64,000 bases of DNA. Origin: Bugula neritina. Taxonomy: Eukaryota > Animalia > Bryozoa. The translations under genes were made by a program, and so were the position numbers. Position 1 is the first letter of the stretch, and every line of letters starts with the position of its first letter. This document shows positions 13,174-28,900 of this stretch, one piece after another. The stretch is taken from assembly GCA_964035545.1 (NCBI GenBank), contig OZ037765.1, positions 6,024,698-6,088,697 of the forward strand, written 5' to 3'. Below the pieces are notes generated by a model, which ran no database searches, was not told the DNA's origin, and saw only the letters and a list, made by a program, of their open reading frames with translations.

Positions 13174-15988
13174 ATTGGAGGCAAATTTTGGATACTATAA
13201 TTGCTGTATCAATTGTGCATTGCTCTTGTTTTTTCTTCAGATTAGTTTATTTTCAGCCTAAACATGCTTTCTTACAACCTTCATGATCAGTACTAAATTA
13301 TATATGAATGCTTTTAATTGAAACCATCACACCATCAACAATTAAAACTTTTGTGTCACTGTCCACAATTGTTTTTTGGTTATATTTATGGGCATCAATG
13401 CAAAAATTCATTGTGGAATTGCCACTTCCGTGGATCACATGCAGCAAATTCGCACAAGTGGGTAGCCTATATATCAGTTTCGCATAATGGAAAAGCAGCA
13501 AAAAGTCACAAAGAAAATAGAATTTCGTCTCAAAATAAATTGTTATAATTTGATTGTATTCCCTATGTACTGTTGCAGGAGTAATTTAACAGTGGTCAAC
13601 CCACACTATTGTTTATATATGAATAATTGAAAAGAAAAAAACTTTTTTTTTCGCTGCAGAATAACAATAACATCTATAGACAATCACAAGCCTTCAATAG
13701 ATGTGAACCTGTGTTTCCTGTATCTCATAGTTGAATTTTTAAGTAATCCAAGAGCTGAATTTATATTTAGAGATAGTAAATAAGCAATAGTTTGTGAACA
13801 GTCTGAAAAATCAGCTGCTTAATGATTATTCATTGAGGAAATATGCCAGTATAAGTTTGTATAAATGACACTTCATGCTTCTAGCTGTGCAGCTATTCAG
13901 ATTGTGCTAATCTATTTCATTCTTTTTATACTGCAAGCTGCTTGGACACAATGATAAACTTTTTATGCATAATTAAATCAGGTATGGATATTTAATTCAA
14001 TTGGTGTTAAGTTATGACTTTAGGATAGAAATGTATGTATCTCTTTTGAATGCCTTGGTTGAAGCTTGCATGGCATGCTTTCGGTGAAGTACTTAATGTA
14101 ATTTAATCTGCTATAATATAACATATGACATACTCTGTATGCTATGCTAGTGGCAGCATATTGCGCAAATGAGACACCTTACTTAGTATTATATTGGATA
14201 ATAGCTTAAAGTGCCATTGTATATTCTACTTGATTGCATAATATAAACAAAATTGCTGGCTTCCCTTGCAAAAGGCCTTCAGTTTTAACTACCACTTAGT
14301 TCAGTTTGATGAATGTTAAGTGCATACTATATAACGGCATCATATCAGTGTTTCCCGCAAGATGTTTCTCTACCCAGTTGCTACATATTTGAGAAACAAG
14401 ATAGCCTTATTTGTGTATAATTGTAAGATATTACTTCTTCAACTCAGGTTTTCAAATGATTGGAAACTGACTAGAGATGCTGTCACCATTGGTTAGACAG
14501 CTTCGCATGAAAGCAACATACCAAGACACTTGTAGTCTGGCATTATTGGCATCTGTGTGCATTCATGGTTTGTCAGCTACTTCTCAAGAAAGATAAGAAT
14601 GGAATGCGGTATGGTGCTAAAAAAAGCAAGGGAAATGTTAGGAGAGTGTCAGAGATAAGAGTGGAAGAAAGACATCTAAAGGAAACTAAAGAAAAGCTAG
14701 GACAAAATTGTTACAGAACCATAAAGGCTTGATCTTGGCGATGTAGTCTCAGCAAACGGATGGAAAAGTTTGATGGAACTGGGCATCAAGCCGAAGCCCA
14801 ACACGCACAAGACAAAGCTGTAGCCAATTACAAATTTTACAATTCCCAATGTAATAATAAAGTACTCCCTTCTCAGAGCTTTTTAAACTGTTGCCACAAG
14901 CTGCATATGGAATCATCTTTAAAGACTAAAAGCATACGTGCAGCAGTTGGTCTACTTGTTTATACATTGTAGTTGTCCTGACTTACTGCACTCATGGATG
15001 TATAGTTTACACCTGAAATATCAAGAGTTAGAAGATAATGGGTGGCATGTTGACTTTTCTGCTGTTACATGTCATTATTAAACAATGCGAGTCTATTTTG
15101 CATATTTATTTCCAAAATAAATTTTTTTAGAATTTAGCATAATAAACTTCCCAACTTCTATTACAAAATATACTCTCAAATTGTTATATTAAATTACATT
15201 TTGGTTAAATTAAATCAGATTATTTATTACTACAGTATAATATGACTTAACAAACTACCTACAAGAGATAGCATCTAATTTTTCTTGACTAGAAGACAGC
15301 TTTCTTGACTAGTAAATGAGGCTAATTTTCAAATTATATTCATTAATTGATTGAGTTTTTGAAAAATTCAAGAAAATAGCAGAGAGGATAGTTTGTTGTT
15401 GTAACCTTATGTTCTTCTAATCAAATTACCATGATGCTTGGCCATAATTGGCTTCTGCAACGTTATAAGTGAGCTTTCTCTCAATATTCAATTGACACCA
15501 TTCAATGACTAACGTCACACTCTTCAGCACACATCCCAGCTCAATACATCTAATGCTGTAATTCAATTTCTTATTATAGATTATGTAAATTGCATGAACT
15601 ATATGTATATATAATACTAATATATAATACTTATAATAATATGTATATCTTGGCTATATTCCAAATGCTACTCTACGTATTATGAATCATGATCAATGAT
15701 CAACCAAATTTGACTCAAACTATAAAATAATAAAATAGAACATAATAATTATCAAGTGTATGACCACATGTTTCAGACTGAATTTTTCAGCAATTCTACC
15801 ACATTTAAAATTAAATTATCAGGTTTTATGCACGTGTTCCAACAATTGGTGCAACTGTTCCATTAACCTTAGATAATATCAATCTTATTACCTAAATATT
15901 CCCCATCTTCATCAATTTGAGTCAAACGATAAAAAAGTAAAATAACTCCATAGGTAGTTAAATGAGAGTTTGTGCATATCATATATTA

Positions 15989-16511
15989 CAGGGTTATAAC
16001 TCTCAGCATGCAAATATTCTGCTTATGGCAGCATTAGTCTGTTTATAACCATTTATAGTTACCACCTGCAACTACCAGTTATACAGCATGTAAACATGCA
16101 CTATGGTAATAAGCATTATACATTAATATACACATGTACTACAAGTCTGTTAATTAAAAGGCAATATGCTATTTTACATTTGAAATAATTATATTAAAAC
16201 TGCCTTCTGACTATAATACGGGATCGGATATTTCTCTGCAATCATTAAAATATGACTTCAATAGGAAAACTTACAAATTTACTGTTAAGAAAAAATACAG
16301 AAGGGAAGTTATTGTATAACAACAGTTATATGCTGATACTTAGTTAACATATTGGGTCCTTGTCATCAGTTTTCTGAATTCTAAAATAGCTTTTGCACTT
16401 ACTGTGCATTAGTAATTGTAAGCAAACAACAAACTTTGAATCGGTTTGCCTCTGAGGCTAAGTCTTAGCAAAAGTTTTAGTGACAAATAAAACCAAAAAG
16501 TTATAACCCTG
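15989..16511. mobile_element. Possible old hAT-type MITE upstream of the nephrin-like gene
   Basis: 13-bp inverted termini CAGGGTTATAACT...AGTTATAACCCTG. The 8-bp flanks ATATATTA/AGATTTAA match only partly. Confidence 0.35.
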
Positions 16512-16904
16512 AGATTTAAGCTTAGCATCTGACCATCAACTTTATTCATTTCCAAGTCATCTGCTCTGTTAGTGCCGGCTTATTGTCTGCAGTGTTATTG
16601 TGTTTTCAAAGAGTTTTTGGCTACGCATAAACAAAGTAAACAACAAAGCCCAGTGTCTTTTTATCTATTAGTAGTTATATAGATAGCCATCTCTTCCGAA
16701 CACCGAAAGTAACCTTTTATTTCAGCTAGCCAATCAAATCTCGGGTCAACCTTAGCAGTTACTGCATAATGAATGGCTTGAATGAATGGTAGTGATCAGT
16801 AGCACACTGCTGTGGCATTCGTCCGACACCACTTTACCTAAGTGACTGTCCACGAGCATTTAGCAAATATTTCTGTGGATAACTCTCGCTTGAGGAAGTC
16901 AATA

Positions 16905-19900
16905 ATGAAGATACAAGTGAAATTTCTGCTACTTGTTCTATTTTGGAACATACCCTACCTTTTTGCCGTTCCTAGTGTAAATTATGAGCCAGTAATAGAA
17001 ACGCTAACTAGCCGGACAATCACATTATCTTGTGAGGTAACATTTGATGGAGACACATTTCTTGTGGGCTGGGCTCTCAACACCGGAATCTATATTCCGC
17101 GTAAGTATAGCAATAAACAAACAAACTATAATATTCGGCCATTTACTAATACTTTCACTAAGTCTAATACTAATCCTAATAGACATTACCTATGGCTTTA
17201 GGCTTTACAAGCACAAGTACATAAACTTTAACTTTAAGTGATTAACATATACTTAGTCTTATGTGTCCCCTTATTGTTAATTAACTGTAATATGTGTTAC
17301 ATATAATTTCTGATATATGAATTCATTGAATATATATTATATTATGTTATTATCTTAGATCAATAACTAATTCTCATAGCCATACTGATACATGCACATA
17401 GCCATTGATGATTAAATATAATGTAATGTCATTTTATGTTTTCAGTGTTGAATAGCAATATATTTATAAGCTATTACATTTACTAATAATAACATTAATT
17501 ATTGTTATAATTATATTGATATTTCATTATTTTGTCTTTATTATTTTTATTTGTATAATATCAGTTTCAGAGAATAGCAATTCACAATATAAGAATTTGA
17601 AACATTTAGGATATTATTATTTGACATAACAATAACTCTAAAACCCTCTATCTACTTTCTATTAATGCTATTATTTCACAATTATTGAATTAATGATAAA
17701 GTAATTATAGAAATATTTGTGGAGTTATTATGAGAGGCTGACTAATCATGTGTCATGCTGTCAGACTCCGGTTCAAATAAAAAACTCATAAAAAGACCAA
17801 CCTTTGCTTTCAAACCTAAGCCTATCGGTTTCTCTATACTTCCATTATTTTTTAAGTAAACTAAATCTAGATATTAGTGCTGCAATCAAATGAAAAAAGT
17901 GCCTGCTCATACCACCAGAAATTACTACAAAAATGTTAATTCTGATACTAAAGCAAAAATGTTACTTTTAATTTTACTTTGTTTTCTGGCAATAATTCAA
18001 AATTGCAGCACCTAATGAATGCTGAACATAAGCCAAATCTCAGTTGGAAAAGAAGTTTTGCAAATCAATTTTACTTTTTCCTGGATGCGTTCGCCACAGG
18101 CTGGTGCCACTCTGTAGGCATACAGCGTTTCTTACAGTAGCCATGGTCTCTGATAGCTGGTGGCATGTTTTGTTTAACGTGAATAATAATTTAGAGTTTT
18201 TGTCATTGCTGACAGTCTCAGCTCTTGTGGGTAGGAGGGCGTTCAGCTGTTATTATCAATAGGAAAGACTTTATCATAATAATAACAGTTAGCTGAGAGT
18301 AAGTCACATTGAATTGATGCCTGATTCTACTGTATCAACTGTTCATCTTTACACAGTCAGTAAAACTCATAGCTGTGACTTTACTAGCCACGAAATAAAT
18401 AAATGCACATTTATGCCAGCATTTGGTCAGAAATACCATTATAGATTCCAAAGTTTAAGTTTATTTGAGTCTATTATGGTGCAGTTTGTATTTTATTGAA
18501 CACAGGCTTAGTGTGTAGGTATTCTAGGTTTGCTATTGAGCCTCTTCAAGTTCTAATTAATTCCCAAAATGCTATTTACTGACTGACACACTATCTCCTT
18601 CTTTGAGTGCTGTTTGTTTTCACACATTTCCTACCATCATTCAGCAAGTAAAATACACAAACACATGTGCATTTTATGAATGCTTCGCGTATGAATGCTT
18701 TGATTGTTAAGGCTTGAAAACTAATAAAACTTTCAAATGACCTATTGTTGTATTGTTATTCTAGCGAACATGTAACCAAACATCATACTTATTTAAAACT
18801 ATTGAGCTAATATTATGGCTAATGTATAATGGCCCTAGAGAGTCACAGCTTGGTGTAGATTTTGTAATCTTCAAATCCTCTTGAAACTGAAAGTGATATT
18901 CTCTCCTCACTTGACTTGACAGTCTGAGTACTGTAATATATCTTGCTTCATTCATCATAAAAGAACTTTTAAGAAGTGCTTGGCTTGGGCAGTCCAATTC
19001 TGAGGCCAAGCTTTTGTGGTCTACAACGAAGAATATTGGCTCTTTCTGCAAGGCGAATTTGTTTATTCTTGACTCAAACCAGACAAATCATCTCAAGTTA
19101 CAAAAGTGCTGCCTAAGAAAAGTGATATTTAAATATAGTAGCAATAAACTGCGAATATAAATTATAAATATCCAGTCTTGTGGTTATCTGGCATAATTTG
19201 ATACTTAATTTAGTATTTTGTGGTTACATCTAACAAGTTATGATGCTTAGCATTCAATATATAAACGAACAGGATATTTTAATAAAGCATGTACAAGAGA
19301 GCTATACTTTCGTTACTTGTTTACTATTTCAAATTGTAACATAAGAATATTGATCTAACCTAATCCAGACTACCTGCTGACACTCTATATCTTGTGACAG
19401 CAACTAGTGATAGTGACTTTCCAATGAGATTAGATTATCTTCTGATATGTGGCTCAGCAGTGCCCAGTGAAACAAAAGGCGTGTAAATTCAGAGCAGGTG
19501 GGCTGCATATTGAGGTGCTCATTCACTTAACCCTCCAAACAAGAAGTAAAGCTCTTCATATGCAAATCAATATATCAAGTTCGGACATTATGGGCTGCCT
19601 AGTTTGTAACGCATAGCAATTTTCTCATTAATTACACATATTATGGGAGACAGTTTCTCCTGCAAAGTTGTCGAATCAAATGTTTCAAAAGCTCTACGAC
19701 AAACACATCCAGCTCTGCGTGTCTCTGGTAGTTTACATAAAATTCGATTGTGGCATGTTTATAAAATCTACTCCAGGAAATTATTATTGGCTTCATTGTA
19801 CTGTAGCTAGACAGGAGTGGCTGGATCATCTTCTTTAGCAAACAAATTATCAACTGTGATCAGCTTTTGTATTCATTGATTTTATATCAAGTTAGTGTTG

Positions 19901-22900
19901 ATATTAGTTCTCGTAGCAGCAGCTACCACAGGTAACGATTTCCAATGAGAAGAGTTGCTGGTCTATTCATGTTTATGTCTCATCACTTTTCATTCAGAGA
20001 GAACATTCAATGCTTGCAATGACTTCTGGAAAAGTTCTGTGTGAGATACTTGATAAATCTTTTATTCTACAAATATTGTTTTGCTTTTTGCTTGCAGAAG
20101 GAGGAACAATGCCTAGGTTTGTTTCTTGGCATCAAGGGAACATACACAAGCTGAATATAACCAATGTTCAGGCCTCTGACGATGGCCTTTATACCTGTTT
20201 TGTCGAAAGTAGCCCTCCTGTTACTGGTGATATACATGTCAAAGTCTTTGGTAAGTTTGGAATTCAACTGCTACTAAATTATACCAACAAACTAATTAGC
20301 TGCTACTCCCTTTCTTTGTATCTTTAATCAGGACAAACTGACACTGTATTTATGTCTGTTTATAGTGAAACCAGGCCGCCCTGTAATAACTGGAATAAAA
20401 AATGCTGCCATCGAGCCAGTATCCAGGAGGCAGCCTGTCGAAGTCATCGTCATCTCTCACTCTGCTGACCAAGCACAGATTCAGTGTACTATTGGACCAG
20501 CCAAACCCGCTTTTCCAATAAAATGGTATGGCTACTTTTAGCTATTCATTAAAGAGACTTCCTATAGTCATGAGTTAACACAACAACAGCATCTTCAGTC
20601 TTGCTTTCTTTATGCAGAGTCATCAACCACTCTCTGAATACAAAAGGAGTGTGCCTTACTCATTCCCAGCTCTTAACTCAATCAATAAATTGTTTTTACA
20701 CCCTAAAGTGAATGAACTGTCTCTGGGGCTGTTATTGTAGCTACTAAAATTGTCATTGATACTATCATGCAGGTGTAAGTAGGTTAGAATGAATTGCTAT
20801 CCCAATGGAATAAGGCAGCATCTACTCATGACACTGTATCCACTGTGTAGTACCAGTTGGAGATAGGGTACTTTTAGATAGAATCCTCTGCTGTAGAAAA
20901 TTTTTCTGGTATTGATTTTAACAATCAAATTTTATATAGTTCTTTCCCTTTCCAGATCAATTCAAAAAGTACAAGAAATGTCGAAAAAGGTACTTGAATA
21001 TATTAAGTTTGATTGCAGCATGTATTTTCTTACAGGTTTATAAATGGTGCTCCTTTGACATCTGGTGGATCTCCATCTCAGTCCACTACTGCAACAAACA
21101 GCTTAGAAACAACTTCCAGTATTTTAACAATAGATCAGCCTAGTGAGATTTTTAATGGAGCTCAGTACAAATGTGCAGCTGATCTTGAGCAGGTTCAACT
21201 AGAAATAATATCTACAATTTCTCCTATAGAGACTGTCTTCAACCTTAGTGTTCAGGGTGAGTACGAAACTTACAATATCTTACAATATTGAAAGTCAGAC
21301 AAACCACATATTTTTAAGTGAAAAATTGTCATCAAATAGTGTTCATTCGTGCATATGTTCAAATAACATCTCAACAATGCCCTAGGAGTAGTCTTCTTTC
21401 AAGAAATACTAATGACTAAACTATAAGCATAATATTACTCTGACCAATAAACTTTCCCACACACACATTTACTACTGCAGAAGTAAAACAATCAGTTTTC
21501 ATACTTTGTTACTTATATTAAATTTTTTGCCGCCAGAGCAAATAATGGTACTGCCTGGGTTTTGAATGTTAATTTTATCGTTACAGCTGTTGTAGGCAAT
21601 AATAACACACATACTTTATCGAATCAGTACGACAGAATGTAGGTAGTCACAGTTAGGTATTATAAACTTTTAAAATATATTCAATGGCTGCCCTGTAAAG
21701 ACATAAACGATGCTAATCACTCAAACTATAATTACAGTTTGAAATCATAAATGGAGTAAAGCTAGCTTCTTATGTATTTAGAAGTGCTTGTTTGAGGTAG
21801 CGTTCATCAGCCTTGTAGCAACTCTAAGTTATTTAAGTTATGAAATTTGAAAAATTATGACCACATGGTACTGATTAGCTGATGGCAGCCAACTATGATA
21901 AATAGTGTCTCATTATAGCCTTTGTAAAAACGTCTAGATGTGGCATGCTTACTCTAACACTTGACTGATATTGTGCAGACTCCATATACCTACTCACTTT
22001 ACTTGTGTTAGATGTGCAAGTCTGGGAAAACTGTGTTGCCTGTATTTCCAGTCGCATGTCATAATCACTTTGAATATATGGGAATATATATAGAGTTAAT
22101 TTAATTAACCTTTAGTGTAACAAAGTCTTCATTGCTACACAACACCAAGTCTGTGCAAAATATTAAGAAGATAATAATACTAAAAATCAATGCATAAGAA
22201 AGGAAAATGACACTATGACTTTTTGTTTTGCTTAATAATATGAATGTCAAAGATATTTGAGGTTAAAATTTGCAGAACGCAATGTATGTTGGTGTCAGTA
22301 GTATATATATTATATAACCACTTTCAGCTCAAGCTTGGTTACCATGTTAAACGGCCCATCTTAATAACCAAGTTATCATACATTCTATATTTAGAGAATA
22401 TGAATGCTAGTCTTCACACTAAAATTTGGATATATGCAAGTGTTACGAATTACTGGTTAATAAGATACAGGCAGCGCACCTTTTACTTGCACCTAATCAT
22501 CTTGAATACATCAGGTAGTCATTGGCCATGGTATGTAACTTGGGCTAACTATGTACTGTCTGATTCTATGCCAAAAATGTGTTAGAATAACAAAGATGTA
22601 TGCACTATGTATACAGTGTAGGCCATTAATGTAAATATTACTATCTTCCAACTAAAAAGAAAAATGGCTGACATCTGTTGCAGTGCCTCCTGGTGATCCT
22701 AAGATAGATGGAGCTGACCCGGATGTGCTGAAGGAGCGAGGTGACCAGTTGAAGCTGATCTGCACGGCGGTAGGAGGCAACCCTCTGCCAACCCTACAGT
22801 GGTACCGAAATGACGAGCCTTATAACCACGTGTTCACAACTGTTGAGGAGTCTGGAGTGGTGAAGAGTGAACTGTTGATAGAAATTGAACCAGCTGATAA

Positions 22901-25900
22901 CAATGCTGTGTATAGGTGTGATGCATTCAATGCTGCCATCACAACGCCAAAGTCAGCCTCCGTGAGATTTCGGGTCAGGTGTAAGTAAATAACACTACTA
23001 GTTGATACATCAAGATTATTTGGTTTAATTACTGCAGTCTATCATGTTTTCACAGGATATGCCTCGGACTTCTGTAGGAAATGGGCACTTGCTATCGGGT
23101 TACCATTTACATTGAGTGATATATTTTCTTTAGGCTACCAACAACATAATTTTTATTTTCATATGATATACATGTGTTTCTGAAATTTGTATTAATTAAT
23201 CAACCCTTGTATTACATGGGATTTGTTTAGATAAGTTAGTCAGAAGTAAATCACCTGTATAACTGGGTATAAACTAACTTGTAGTGCCCTAACTAAATGG
23301 CTAATTTATACTTGTTCACTCAGAACATAAAGCTAACAAAAATTCAATTTTTCCAACTAGTAAAGTTGATAATTTTTACTGTTGGTATAAAGAGTTGATT
23401 TTCTAAAGTGATTTCAGTCCTTCAGTAATGACCATAATATGCCTTTGTTAGGCTATCATTATTAATTTACAGGTCTTATCATGACTAATTATCATGGTCA
23501 TAGTCTGCAATGCTTGTATTCAAAGTTTTGAAAAAATTGAATATTTTTAAAATAGGGGAAAAACTAATTTATGAGATGAAAAGTCCAAATTCTAGTTTTT
23601 GGATATATTTAACCCCTGGTCAAAGCAGTAAACATTGTAAACAAAAACCATTGGAGAGGTGCTGGTAGGCTTTTTAGCATTGAGTATGATTTTAATGATC
23701 TGAAACCAGCTTTTTGGTTGGAGATCTGTCCAATCTACCAGAAACAGGTGTCAGTCATAATAGCTGGTGGTTTTATAGTTGCAGTCATCTAGTGCTGCCA
23801 AGTATCTCTAAGAATACCCATACCATCAGCAGTGGTCAACCACCTTATTGAACTTGTCAATATCCCCATTGGGTTATTTTATATGACATCTTATTCAATT
23901 AAATTTAAACATAAAAATTCAATTTTAAATTCAACACTTTTATTAGGTACTAAAACCTGACACTAGAAACTGGTTGAACTAAGTGAACTCTTTATAAGCT
24001 CAAAATGTATATTGCCTATAATATGATTAGCAGAATTACACATTAAAGTGTTATGTCTGTCGCAATTTTAAAAACCACAACCACGAGTGTCAGCACTCAA
24101 TCGTGGTTTTCAAAAGTGTTATCACCAACTCGTGCCAAACCATTCATGAAATTAATAGCATGAAAAGGTAAAGGCCAAACCGCTGAGTCAAGGGCTGATG
24201 ACAGGCTAAGGTTACTGGTTTGAGAAAATTTCAAAACATGCTGTTCACCAGGAACTTCTTACCCTGCATTGCAGTTGCCCCAGATGCTGTTACCATAACT
24301 GGCAATGAAGAAGTCAAGGATGGGGATAGCCTCACCCTCTCCTGCACCACAACAATCAGTAACCCTCAGGCTGCAATCAACTGGATTAGCAGAGGAGCTG
24401 TCATCAGTGAAGGAATCGCAACCTCTGTGAGTTCTGTTTTCAGCTGATTCTCCCTTAGAGCTCATAGCAATCTTTGTTATATTATATCTGAAGCTATACG
24501 CTACTCAGTAAGTTGCAGTTTTATGGCGCTAGACAGTTTTGCTGTATGCAAAACACTCAATAAGTAACATTTGAGCAGGTAACATACACCGGATATACAG
24601 CTGACTCTAACTTACCATGACATTTCATCGTGCTGCTAAGCTCTACAACCTTTGACCTCAGTATTTGTTTAGTTTTTGTCAACTTTTGTTAATAAAGTTG
24701 ACAATCTATTTGAAACGTAGTTAGTAACATAATACTTTTTTGTTTATAATCTCAATTCTAGAGATATGCTGCTAGTGTATCTTTCTAATGCATAATTTTC
24801 TTGAATTACTTACAACTTCATAGTTAATCACGTTTTTAATTGTCAAAGTATAAATTACTGGAACTGAAATTTTGTCATGGTAGAAATATGTTGAAGGGAA
24901 ATGATTAAATACATAACAATATCTAGGTTACCAAGTATACACTTTTACCCTGGTTTGTTGTTTAAAATGGCATACTAAAACCTCACCAGTCCAACTTTTT
25001 TAACTCAAGCTATTGAAAGCAGTTTAATCTCTAAAATTGTACAAATATAGAAATATTCAATTCTAAGAAAGAATTCTAAACTGGAAAGCACATTTCAACA
25101 TTTTTTTCCAACTGCTTTAATTGGCGAAGATTTCGTCTGAATCATTTTTAATTGATTTTGTAAAGCTGCACTTGAAAACATTAAATTGTAATAGCCAAAT
25201 AATTGTATTGCATTAAAACATTTATAGTTTCCATTAAAAGTTGCTTTTCATGTGATCTAAAAAGTGAAAGTTAGTAGATTTTTGTCTGTCAGCAGTTGAA
25301 TCATATCTCTTAAAGTCACATATCTGAGATATGAGTTCACATATGTACGCCATCTCCGCCATCGTATTTATTACATTGAAGGTCTTAAATTTATTACATC
25401 TAAAGTCTTAATGTAGGTTGAAGGGTCAGAAGAAGAAGGATACATTACTCAGACTAACATCACTATAACCCCTGGCAGGCTAGATCACAATGCCGAGTAC
25501 TTGTGCAGGGCTCACGTTCCACAAGTCAATGATATGAAAAGTGACAATGTTCAATTGAATGTTTTATGTAAGTTACTACTCTTGTATTACTTACTAACTT
25601 CTTTCACTGCTTCTGTGTGCGTACTGTAGGTGCTGTCTTTAGTGTCATAAAGAATAAACCGTTTTAGCTGAACAATTATTAGTTCTGGGCTTATGGTTGG
25701 CAAATTTAAATTATAGTTGCTATTGACGTTTGTTTAGTGGCACTTCTGGCAGCGTACAGTAATAGACTGATGCATCTTACAAATGAACTATTTTTTGTAC
25801 AGCTATTACGTCATAAACATTTAAATGCTTTAAAAAAGCAAATTACGTAATATTTTTGAATTTGTAAATAAACAATTTGAAGATTTCACTGAAAAAATTA

Positions 25901-28900
25901 ATGGTTTCGTATATTGACAGTTTTGCAAAAAGAGGTTTTAGTTGTTGAATAAATAAATATTATTTTGGCACAGCTACTATCAGAGTAGGCAGGTGTAATA
26001 TGTTTTCATTATTTATTCGTTAAATTAAATACAGTTCATGTTGCACTGTTTAGTCTGCAAGTAAATGCTGTAAAAGCTAAAATGGCATGACGTAGATTCT
26101 AGAACTATCTTGCTTGTGGACAGGACTATAAATTTCTTAAGTTATTTAGTTTGTTATAAGTTGATAAATGTTGGTTTGTTACTAGATTAGCAACAGTTAA
26201 AATAATTCTTTATTCATAATGTTTTTTTAAAACAAGGTGAATGCAACTACAATCAAAAATAGTAAAATGCATGATGGTGAAAATAACTGAAAATTTATAA
26301 TTTGCATATAAGCTGCATAAACAATAATAAGTAATTAATGGAAAAGCTTTATAAACAAATTCATATTGCTGCGAAATTTTTCCGGGTTATTTTTTTGCAT
26401 GCTTATCCAATTATTACTGTCTATTCTATATAAGTACACAAAGCAGCTTTTCTGTATCAAATATAGATATTTAGTTATTTTGAATCTCAACTTGGTTTTA
26501 ATTTTATGCTTTTATTAAAAAACTTAGCTCCCAAAAACTAAAGGAAAAGCTCTTCTTGCCAAACCTTTCTATTTGGTATGTACTTTAAAATCAAACCATT
26601 AACACGAGTCTTTTTTAGGGCCACATATTAGAATATATATTTGAAATGGTTTGTTGTGTCACAGATCCACCTGACAGTGTAGAAATTACTGGTTTCAACA
26701 ACTCAATTGCTGTGAGGATGGATACAACCCGTAAAATGACGTGCACCTCCAACGAAGGGAACCCTCTGCCCTCTCTCACCTGGTACACAGGTTGGTGTTG
26801 TGTGTATATAGAAGCCCTTATTGTGATTAATGTTACAACTTGATGATTTTTTATATTTGCCATCATAATCGTAGGTTTTACAAAGCAGCATCGGTCTAGT
26901 GGTTGGAGCACTGGTTTAATGAATGCTAGGTAATGTCAATAAAGGCATCTGATCACAATTTCCTCTGTGCTCTAAGCGGAAGTCTTTAAAACCATGTTAT
27001 AAACATAAAAGTTGGAAGGGTCAGTCTTTACTCCAATTAAGCAACCCAAATCAAAATTCATGCTGAGATCGAAGCTTAAACCTGTGACATCATAATCTCA
27101 GCTTTTGGCTTACCAAAATCAGTGATTTTAGATATTTTCAAAACCCAGTATAATGTAAACATGTATTAAAGTGGCATAATGCATATTAATAGTATTAAAT
27201 TTCTAATAACCCAAGTAAGTGTATAAAAAGTGATATTTATTTCACTAGGTACTACAGCGATAGCTACTAATGTTGGAGAGTTGCAGACTCAAGGGACAAT
27301 TCGTTACCGAGAGTTGAGATTCACGGCCCAACCTAAAGACAACGGAGCCAGGTTCAGTTGCACTGCAACTAGTTCTGCCACCACTAGCCCACTCCGAAGT
27401 GACTACATTGACATCATGGTATACTGTAAGTTTTTAAACCAGTAAATAAATCGTAGAAAATTTTATCTCAAAAAAGTAAATCTACTGTGTCTCCCCCAAA
27501 AAGTGCATTTTTTTACAACATTCTTCGCTTCCATGGCTGGTTTTCTTTAATAAAGCACAAATAATTTCTCATCAACAAAAAAATGGAAATACAAATATAA
27601 ATACATGTTGATATTTTTCGTGAAATGGATTATAGTTGCTCTGCTAAAATATATTCACTTCAGGTTGGAGACTTTTGAGTTTTCATGGTTATTGTTAAAA
27701 TAAGGTCTAGACCAGCAAATCTGCTCACCTGTTTATCAAGTTCAAATTCTGTCAATTATTGGCATACCAACTTTCATTTAGTTTTCAGTTTCATAAATCT
27801 ATTCTCAACTAGTATTGAATTCTCTCAATTTCCCCACGTTAGTATTTTTCAGGTTATTCATGTTTGAATGCTTCATTGCCCCTTCGTTTCACATTTTACC
27901 ATATGTTATTCTAATATTATAAGATATATTAGTAAGAGTTTAAACTTATGTTTTTTGTCACTATTTTTTTATAACGTGGAGAGATTATTTACTCAACTAG
28001 AGCTAATAAAAAGAATTAGCACAGAAAAGATTGGAGCATAATTGACAAATTATTAGTAATTAATTCTGTCAGAATATTTTGCGCATGTACCACTCAAAAC
28101 AGTTCTAGGGTTGTATATCCAACCAAACTGATTTTATAATAAATGTTGTTTAAATATATCAATTTAGCAGCCTCGTTAGATTGTGAAATCATTTTGCTAT
28201 TAATAATACTGTGTAATTGTGAACAATTCCAAGGCTGCATTTTGTTGGGGAGAGCTACACAATTAGACAGTAACAACATATAAAAAAGCTTTGAAATCAA
28301 TAATTTAAAGTTTATCATCTTGTTTTATAATATAGTGAAAGCAAGTGAAGTAATTTGTAGATTTAAGTTGGCAGTGATTAACTGATCGGAATTGAAGCAG
28401 GGAGGGGTTGTTGAACAGACCAATGTTTCGAAATGTGAAAATAAAGTCAGATTATTTAAATCACAGAAATAATATAGCAATTACTAAACACATCACCCCA
28501 AGCAAACTTGATTTGGTGTTAAAACCTTTATTAAACCTAAATTCTACAAATCACACTTGTAATTTATGTTATTTGAAACATGTTTATTGCGATTCTCAAT
28601 GCTGTATTTATAAAATAGGCACCATATTAGTGTCTAATTACTATCAATAGCTATCATTGTACTTTAGGGGTAATTAGAAGATATTTAAGTTACATACCTT
28701 TAAAACCTGTGATTATTACCCAAATTGAGACTATTGAATCAATAGTGAGTGCATTCACTGGAATAACTATGTGCTAAATAAAGTGTTTAAGTTGATAATA
28801 GGGCAGGTTTGCAAACTATCCTATGAATTTGCCATGTTGCATTATCAAAACACTGGTACTATTAACAATAATCATGATAGATGCATACCTCTGATGTACT

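Noticed and set aside
14590-14830. Purine-rich, coding-looking stretch (possible LINE remnant or exon)
   Set aside because: Stops in the frames I checked and no motif I could assign.
24190-24230. CTGATGA hammerhead core
   Set aside because: No stem II leading to GAAA and no flanking helices.
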